Below are positions 55,535 through 64,000 of a stretch of DNA of 64,000 bases, piece after piece (position 1 is the stretch's first letter; each line of letters begins with the position of its first letter). The position numbers and the translations under genes were made by a program. The stretch lies in NCBI RefSeq assembly GCF_006345805.1, contig NC_043004.1:13268001-13332000 (forward strand). Direction: 5' to 3'. The notes beneath the pieces are model-generated. The model ran no database searches and had not been told where the DNA came from. It saw nothing but the letters and a program-made list of their open reading frames with translations. Source of the stretch: Octopus sinensis (Eukaryota).

Positions 55535-55828
55535 ATCACCGTGACCGACCAGGCTTATCCGATGTTGTTACACATAGCTGGTCACAATGCTCTTCGCACT
55601 GTTTTAGCCTTCAAATGACGCCACCCCGCTGGCTAGTCAAGCAGGCCAACAAGAAAGGGTGAGAGAAAGTTGTGGCGAAAGACTACCGCAGGGATCGCCC
55701 CCCCTGCCGGAGGTTCGTGGAGCTTTTAGATATTTTCGATCAATAAACACTCACAACGCCCGGTCTTGTAATCGAAACTGCGATCCTACGACTGGTCCAT
55801 TGCGCCTAACCACTGGGCCATTGCGCCC
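55535..55828 (-). mobile_element. SINE family 4, full length, with duplicated head motif
   Basis: Reverse strand GGGCGCAATGGCCCAGTGGTTAGGCGCAATGG..GTTTCGATT; homologous to 39879. Confidence 0.8.
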
Positions 55829-55833
55829 CTATA

Positions 55834-55871
<38 letters not shown>

Positions 55872-57001
55872 ATATATAGAGAGAGAGAGAGAGAGAGAAT
55901 ATAGAGAGAGAGAGATAGATAGATAGATAGATAGATAGATATATAGATAGATAGCTAGATAGATAGATAGAGGGAGAGAAAGAGAGAGGAGAGAGGAGAG
56001 TGAGAGAGGAACGAGAGAGAGAGGGTAGGGAGAGAAATAGAGAAAGGGAAAGAGAGAGAGGACATATACAGATAGATAAGTGGACATTTGTATTGCTTAT
56101 GTGTATGTATATATTCGATTGTACGTGCGTGTGCTTCTGAAATTACATACGTGCGCACATACTTAAAACATACATACATACATGCGTACATACATACATG
56201 AAAACATACGTACATACATACATAAATGCATACATATCAGTGTATAACCAGTTTGAGCGTTTATTTGTTAAGATACTGAAGTGTTTCTATTATTATTGAT
56301 TTAAAATCATTGATTTTATTCTCTCTTAAACGTTGATGCACACGGGATACTTAAAATGTTATTGAAGATCACATTTAATGTTGATAGTCATACCATTGTG
56401 TTCGTTCTAACTTTTACGACCGATAGTTTAGAATTTAACAAAAAAAAAATTCTAAACCCTGCCATGGTTTACATCAGCATTATAGATTTCGCGGTTGAAT
56501 AATCAGCGAGATAGCTTCTGCTTAAATGACTTGAATTACTAATGAAAATAGAAATTTATCCATCGAATAGTTGAATAGTTGAATAGTTATATATTTGTTT
56601 GTGAGTAAGAAGTTACTTAAATATATAGGGATACATACATACACACATACATACATACATACATAAATACACACACACACACATATATATATATATACAT
56701 ACATAAATATATATATATATATACATATACGTACATATATATACATATATACATATATATATATAACTAAATATATACGTATATATATATTATATATATA
56801 TATATATGCAAGTGTGTGTTTGTACGCGTGTATATGTACACACATACAAACATATATGTATATATATGTATACATACATATATATATATGTATATACTAC
56901 ATATATATATACACACACATATGTACTTGTGTATGTGTGTGGCTTGTCAAGACACATAAACTTGCAAATATATATTACATATAGAAATGTATATATTCAG
57001 G

Positions 57002-57054
<53 letters not shown>

Positions 57055-57130
57055 GAGTAATTATATACTCTTTACTCTTTACTCTTTATATATATATATA
57101 CATAGGTATATAGATTATACATTTATCATA

Positions 57131-57164
<34 letters not shown>

Positions 57165-57789
57165 TATGCGTGTCTATGTATGTGTTGGTGTATGTGTATA
57201 TGTGCTTGTGTGTGTAAGCGAATGTGCAGATGCGTGTACGTGTGTCTGTGTGTGTATAATTTGTCATTATGTTCTCAAGTAGAATCAAAATTCAGAATAC
57301 TCAATAAAGTAAACAAAGAACTAAACCTATGTTGATTGCGGTTATATTTGACCATTGTTCCACTCATTCAAACTTTTAAGGTGAAGAAGTAGCCATCATT
57401 TAACGTAACAACGAAGGAAGTTTTGTTACTCATAATATACACATATAATATGATAATTAAAGTAAACTTCTCCTTCTTTCGGGAATTTAATTTACACATT
57501 TCGAATATTAACTTTATAAGAGATTTAGCATTTATTTTGTTACTGTCTAAAACTTCTCTTTCCATCATCTGTGACTCTCGTACGAGTGATTGGTCTGTTG
57601 CAGCTTTGCTTTGACACCACATTGTATCGTAAGTCGAGGAAATAGAGGCCGAAACGTATTTCTGGGACTGGTACATACTGTGTCTGTCCTTTTTGACAAA
57701 CCACTAAGTTATTGAGACGTAAACAAATCGGCATTAGGTGCCAAGCGATAGTGAGGGACGCATTACAAAAAGACAGATATATACACACA

Positions 57790-58020
57790 CACACATCGAT
57801 GGATAGATAGATAGATAGATAGATACATACATACATACATACATACATACATACATACATACATACGTACATACATACATACATAGGTAGATAGATGGAT
57901 AGACAGATAGACAGAGAGTTAGATAGATAGATAAATAGATAGACAGATAGTCAGACAGGCAGACAGAAGGATAAATATGCAGATATACACACACACAAAC
58001 ACATGTGTAGATAGATAGAT

Positions 58021-58110
<90 letters not shown>

Positions 58111-58135
58111 ATAGATGGATAGATAGATAGATAGA
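57790..58135. repeat. (GATA)n/(TACA)n array inside a degenerate SINE1-like copy (~57691-58170)
   Basis: Microsatellite visible; flanks CCACTAAGTTATTGAGACGTAAAC and CTTCCGCAGTTTC resemble SINE1 modules. Confidence 0.8.
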
Positions 58136-58229
58136 TCGGTCTTCCGCAGTTTCTGTGTAGCAAATTCTTATACCTAAGTTCTAACATCATCTCACTTTGA
58201 AATAGTCACCTTGCACAGCAGTACCCAGA

Positions 58230-58793
58230 TCCCAGCATTCATGTGAGATCTATAATCCATCTTGTAAGTCGTTGTCCGTCAGCGATTCGGGGACATTACA
58301 CGATTCGTTCTACATCTAGACAACGGCGTTAAAAGGCCACCTTTGATCTTCCTTTCCAATTTGGGGAAGAGATGGAAGACCGCAGGTGCTTAATCTGGCG
58401 AATAGGGTGTGTGTAGATGCGAATCCATGTTGCTTTTGGCGAGAAGACCCACAAGGGAAGAGAGCTCGTTGGCAGGGAGCATTGAAGTCGTGACGTCGAG
58501 AAGCCCGTCCCACTCAAAACATCGCCTACAACCCATGCTTAATGTCCCTGTAGTAGACTTCCTAAAATTAATGCAGAATTTCACGTTGGTTCTTTGTTCT
58601 TGTCCATGACAAAATCGCAGACTACAACGTACACGTGATCACGAAAACACAAATTTCACATCTTGCTAAGTAAACACAGCGATGTCTCTTGGCGACTGCT
58701 TCATGAAGGTCACTGCTAGCTCTCACACCGCACGCAACTGTTTGCTGCCATTTGTTGGCGCGCTGTTTTATTTGAGAACTGTTCAATTTCACC
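58230..58793 (-). mobile_element. Internally deleted mariner remnant C
   Basis: NVKFCINFRKSTTGTLSM (N-terminal HTH start) is joined directly to FEWDGLL, then HTPYSPD*APAVFHLFPKLERKIKG; runs into the gap. Confidence 0.72.
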
Positions 58794-58893
58794 NNNNNNN
58801 NNNNNNNNNNNNNNNNNNNNNNNNNNNNNNNNNNNNNNNNNNNNNNNNNNNNNNNNNNNNNNNNNNNNNNNNNNNNNNNNNNNNNNNNNNNNN
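58794..58893. other. Assembly gap (100 N)
   Basis: Exactly 100 Ns, typical of a scaffolding join of unknown size. Confidence 0.99.
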
Positions 58894-59413
58894 TTTTCGT
58901 TTGTATTCATTTTTGAAATCCCTTTCTCTGTCCCTTTATCATCACAAGTGGTGTGGGGAGTGAGGGGAAATCTAAGTTAATGTCTTTGGTCGCGGCGATG
59001 GTGAATGCGACGTTAGATTTGTGTTGTTGTGTTGGTGGTGGTGATGGTGGTGACAGCGGTGTTCACGCTGCGATGTTTAGCAGCTAGTGGTAGCAATAGT
59101 GTTTTGCTACCGTTCTGCATGACTGGCGGGCTCGCCACGTGGTTTCTAGTTGCCATTTTCAAAATGAAAAATGGCTAAAAACCCACGAAAGTTTTGAAAG
59201 TTTTTTTGTAATTCGCCCATACAGGGGCGGAATTCTACGTGAATAATTCTCAGGTTTTTTAGTGAATGAACTTGCACAACGATTAAAACAAAATATTTGA
59301 CAACAAGAGTTTTAAAATGTAAAGTGGCCAACTTACGTGGAGCCGATATGACTAGCGTCCGTCCATTGTGAGAGAGAGAGAGAGAAAAGATATAGATAGA
59401 TAGATAGATAGAT

Positions 59414-59468
<55 letters not shown>

Positions 59469-59483
59469 TATAGATAGATAGAT

Positions 59484-59556
<73 letters not shown>

Positions 59557-59581
59557 TAGATAGATATATATATATATATAT

Positions 59582-60587
59582 GTTTCTTTGTTAGCCACAC
59601 AGGGCTGCACACAGATAGAACAAATTACAAGGTAGAGCTTTTCTTTTGAAGGTTTAAAAAAAAAAAAGAAAAAAAAAGGAAGGGGGAGTTTCGATCAAAA
59701 GGGATCGTAAAAGGAGAGAAAGAGGACAAAAAAAGGGGGGTTAAAAAAAAAAGGGGGAGAGGAAAAAAAAAATTGATCAATAGGGATCGTTATCACAGAA
59801 ATGTCAATATGAAGTGTGAAGGGCAGGACAGGTGAGGTTTACCCGTGGAAAGAAAAGCCTACGGAAAAGACCATGGTAACCTCGGTCAATGAAGTCACAT
59901 TTTATATTTCTTTCTTTTTTTTTCTTTTTGCAAATAAGCAACTCTCTGTTTTCGATTTCTGGGTTCATAGGACTATGCTCAAGGTGGCTTCGTCATTCAT
60001 ACGTGCCATTCTTGCTACATTCACCCATCTTTTTTAAAACATTCGCTAGACAAAACTTGCCTCTCTACTCTCACTTTCCTTTTCAAGTGGTACTTGGAGA
60101 AGTTGATGAGAGATTGACCAGAGAGGAAAGTGTTTGTCTCCAATCCTTTCAGACGCGTCCACCAGATACATTCTTTCGCCATAGCCACAAGGATGATGAA
60201 AATAGCTCTTCCTTCCCGTTTGAAGGAAGGAGGCGTGACAATATTGATGATAGACTCAGCTGATAAACCGACTCGTCCCACACGTGACAGCAGTTGTTCG
60301 ACATAAGCCACAGGTCGGAAATTGTTGGACACTGAACGAGTGCGTGCAGAACGGTTTCGTCGCTCTGACCGCATCTCGGGCAGGTCGGCCCCGTGTTTCT
60401 CGAGCCGTGTCTGTAGAGCTTATCCCGAACGGGTAGCGCTTCTCGGTAGCACTGCCAGGCCAGGGATCTCTGGAAGTGTCCATGGGCCCTGGCCCGAAAG
60501 TCGTCCTGAACAGGCGGGTCAGGTACTCCTCGTCGACGTCCAGGTTCGCCCCGAGCTCGTCGTCGTACCTCCCCTCCACTAAACCCC
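59582..60587 (-). mobile_element. Tx1/L1-clade LINE, 5'-truncated (zf-RVT region plus 3'-UTR)
   Basis: [51 protein letters not shown]; flanked on both sides by (TA)n and (GATA)n. Confidence 0.88.
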
Positions 60588-60601
60588 ATATATATATATA
60601 T

Positions 60602-60657
<56 letters not shown>

Positions 60658-60658
60658 G

Positions 60659-60709
<51 letters not shown>

Positions 60710-60710
60710 G

Positions 60711-60745
<35 letters not shown>

Positions 60746-60787
60746 ATACCTATACATATACACGCATATATGTATGTATGTATATAT

Positions 60788-60835
<48 letters not shown>

Positions 60836-61212
60836 ATATATATTATATATATATATATATATATACATACATACATATATATAAACAGATATAACCAGGA
60901 AACAGCTACTTTATGGACTGTCAGATTCATGACCCCTGTTCCCTTGGTAACGAACTTAATCCAGTCCATATAAAAGGACCTCGTCCCCTAGGGAGCAGAA
61001 TATTTTCTCTATGAGTGTGTGACCATTTGTGTGTGCATCTTAGGAACACGCTCGTATATGCATCCATACATGCACACACACACACACAAGCACACACACA
61101 CACACACATGCGCTCCCAGTGACATTATTATCCTTCAAAAGGATGTCCTGAATATACCTCGAGAGTTTAAAAGACACACAAGTGTCATATATATATAGAT
61201 ATATATAGGCGC

Positions 61213-61295
<83 letters not shown>

Positions 61296-61973
61296 CAGAC
61301 ATGTATGTCAATGAAAGTTTTCTGCCATGCTGAACACGTGTCAATAGCTTATTTTGGATTGCAGGTATCTGCATGTCTGAGGCACAGGTGACAGACAGAA
61401 GTTGTAACATACTGTTCACTTCCAACTGATGTGTCAACACATGCCACCACTGTTTCATTGTCATAGGAGCTTCAAGAAATCGAATGACACATGAGGTCAG
61501 CATAAAAAGACGTTTGTATGTCAGTGTATTATAGTGATGAACACTTTTACAACACGAATACGACTCTGAGTTGACGTGATTAGTATTCTGTAGCAGGCCG
61601 AAGCGAGATCACCAATAATCTCGAGGGAATGCAGGTTTTACATCAGAGCACCGCTCTCTTTGAAGGTCGCTATGAAAACTGTTATGATTCCTTCACTCTC
61701 TGTGGAATTTCTTCATCTCCTTGTTCGGTCAGAGTGTTATCATTTTATGCTACATTATGCATAGCTGGGATTCTGACAGGTTCTACTAATTAGAGGCAGA
61801 GTTGACCTAGGAACAATAGTGGCTAAAATGTGGTTCCACAATCGTCAGAACCTTGGAAGTTAAAAACCAGAGCCCTATTACGCGAAGCGTTTAAAGTCAT
61901 GCCCAGGACGCGCGCACACACACTTACATACACACACACACACATAAACACACACAGGCTACTGGTTTTAAAT

Positions 61974-62528
61974 TGATGTTAATTAAATTAATATAAATTT
62001 ATCTCCCTCATTATTTAAATATTAAAATAAATATGTTCTCTAATAGGCAGCACTAACCGCAGTAAATTATTTACTGCAGTTCTTCGCTTCCGGAATTTTT
62101 AGCGGGCCAGAACTAAGACATTTGAAATTATCCCTAATGTAATCGGTAAAACTAAACACGTGTCTGTTTTGGCATAGAAAGCTGGGGTTAGTTTTTTCAA
62201 ATTGCATTACCTGTCGGAACGATCGCACTGACGAAACTACGGACAATTGGATTATATAAGTAATTCTTTTGTTAATTGTTGAAACCGCCGGTCTGTGAGT
62301 AATTCTGTTTTTTTAGATCATTTTCATCTGTCTTGCCCGCCTAATTGTTCTGGTGGCCGCTGAATTTTCCTCTAGAGAACATTCTTTGTAGTTTGATCGT
62401 TGGTGATATATTTCTAGCATACGGCCGACTACCTAGCGGTCTTGCCCTTTGAATATACACATGTATTAGAATTTTCTCTGTGATGTTAATTAAATTAATA
62501 TTAATTATCTCCCTCATTATTTAAATAT
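61974..62528 (+). mobile_element. 507-bp terminally redundant non-coding unit with a hammerhead (retrozyme/pLTR-like)
   Basis: A 48-49-bp direct repeat TGATGTTAATTAAATTAATAT..ATCTCCCTCATTATTTAAATAT lies at 61974-62022 and 62481-62528, with an internal HHR. Confidence 0.68.
62223..62298 (+). ncRNA. Type I hammerhead ribozyme motif with GUC cleavage site
   Basis: TCGCA-CTGACGA-[46-nt stem II region]-GAAA-CCG(c)CGG-TC-TGTGA: 5-bp stem I (one G.U) and ACCG-c-CGGT stem III; stem II register is ambiguous. Confidence 0.72.
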
Positions 62529-62542
62529 ACACATATATTATA

Positions 62543-62596
<54 letters not shown>

Positions 62597-62600
62597 ATAT

Positions 62601-62646
<46 letters not shown>

Positions 62647-62890
62647 TAATACATATATAAGGATATTGTTTTTTATGCATAGCATGCGTAAAAATACCAT
62701 AGGGTCAAAAATAATTAATTAATAATTAAGGGTACTACAAATAGAACCAACACGCTAAAAATAGCAGTCACAAGAGGAATAAAATCACAAATTTTCACTG
62801 ATAGCCGTTAATTGAACACTGTGGAATGAGTAGAAATTCGAAGCCCCCGTACCAATATCAAAAAGAATCGTAAATTGAAAAGCTAGACAT

Positions 62891-62947
62891 ACCCGTATCG
62901 TCACGATTTCAAACTGTAAAAATGTCACATAGTTCTCATCAACGAGT
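62891..62947 (-). ncRNA. Type I hammerhead motif (left arm, C3-to-U variant)
   Basis: Minus strand ACTCG-TTGATGA-GAACT..AGTTT-GAAA-TCGT(g)ACGA-TA-CGGGT; stems I, II and III all pair. Confidence 0.68.
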
Positions 62948-63139
62948 TTTACTGACCTGAGGGTCATAGAAACTGCCCATCTCACCAACGAGCGCGATGA
63001 CCTTTTATTATGCCGCGGCAAATTTAAAAAGGTGATCGAAATGAATAATAAATTATAAAAAATATATAAGGGTTATCAAGTGGCATATAATAATATTAAC
63101 TGGCATAAAATAATATCAACTGACCCTCGGGTCAGTAAG

Positions 63140-63198
63140 ACTCGCTGATGATAAGTAAGTATCATTTTCAAAGTTTCTGAAATCGTCACGATACGGGT
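63140..63198 (+). ncRNA. Type I hammerhead motif (right arm, intact core, decayed stem II)
   Basis: ACTCG-CTGATGA-[27 nt]-GAAA-TCGT(c)ACGA-TA-CGGGT; stems I and III pair, stem II poorly. Confidence 0.65.
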
Positions 63199-63447
63199 AT
63201 GTCTGGCTTTTCAATTTACGGTCCTTTTCGTTATTGGTACGGAGGCTTAGAATTTCTGTTCATTTCCCCTATTTAAATTAATGTGAATGAGTGCAAATAT
63301 GTGGTTGTAGTCGTCTTCTGACTACTACTTTTAGCGTGCAGGTAATATACGTAATACTCTTAATTATTAATTTATATATATATATACAGAGAGCGAGAGG
63401 GAGAGAGAGAGAGAGAAAGAGAGAAACACACACACACACACACACAT

Positions 63448-63499
<52 letters not shown>

Positions 63500-63501
<2 letters not shown>

Positions 63502-64000
63502 AGCAAGGGAGTCTGGTCTTCGGAGAGAGAGATGGCATAAGAGTCGCTACCATAAAGCTGTCGCTGAATGTGAACCTTCAGAACTACTCGAACAAAATGC
63601 TCAAGGAACACATCCAAAGTCAAAGAGAACCGCTTCACGAAGGCAAAAATGTTCCTCAACAAGCTGGGAATGCTTTTGTTCTTCTCACGTGCGGCATCCC
63701 GAACAAGTAGGTTGCCTACAATCCCTGGGATAAAATTGACGATATTTTTATGTCCCATAATTCTCCTGATTCTAATCCCATATATTAGTATGTGTGGAAC
63801 GTAATTGAAAAAGACTCTAACCAAACTGTCTGCAATGCCAATGCCGAGATGGTGACCTCAATCAAACAGGCGTTCGATGATCTTCTCAAGAGTACAGTGA
63901 AAAACGCGTGGATCTGGTTGCAGAGCTATAGTGAAGTCGTGATGCTACTGAGGGTTGCTACTTTGAGGAAACTATTATCTCCTAGCCAAATTGTATTTGA
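63500..64000 (+). mobile_element. Tc1/mariner (maT/DD37D-like) transposase remnant, C-terminal half
   Basis: NSPDSNPIY*YVWNVIEKDSN..IKQAFDDL..TVKNAW..EGCYFE matches the pattern WPPNSPDxNPLDYxVW..AC..F..V..GGYFE. Confidence 0.7.

Larger units (their letters stand above)
62832..63257. mobile_element. Foldback element with ~135-bp inverted arms, each carrying an HHR
   Basis: 62832-62966 matches the reverse complement of 63121-63257; 154-bp AT-rich spacer. Confidence 0.85.

Noticed and set aside
57280-57670. Possible Penelope 3' end ending in GGCCGAAACGTA
   Set aside because: Protein similarity is too faint to call by eye and the HHR core is doubly mutated.
61135-61503. 122-aa minus-strand ORF as a host exon
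   Set aside because: Half of it is (GATA)n translation; the rest has no recognisable motif or clear splice sites.

Overview
AT-rich, microsatellite-saturated eukaryotic DNA with no host protein-coding exon I can confidently identify. Nearly all listed ORFs are translations of (TA)n, (CA)n, (TAA)n or (GATA)n repeats. The repeat content (several tRNA-derived SINE families, Dong/R4, CR1, Hero, Tx1/L1, Penelope-like elements, mariner/maT) resembles an octopod cephalopod genome; this is inferred from recall, not checked. The window is intergenic or lies in a very large intron, with one 100-N gap. The most unusual signal is a set of minimal type I hammerhead ribozyme (HHR) motifs with palindromic stem III, from at least four unrelated non-coding elements. 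These are a 507-bp terminally redundant, retrozyme-like unit (61974-62528); a ~3.1-kb foldback capped by outward-facing HHRs (48053-51205); a ~430-bp foldback with an HHR in each arm (62832-63257); and a duplicated 73-bp palindrome with partial HHRs. A second notable element is a ~2.08-kb ORF1-only (Half-L1-like) retroelement inserted into a SINE with a perfect 15-bp target-site duplication (TSD). All alignments and folds were done by eye, and repeat boundaries are approximate.
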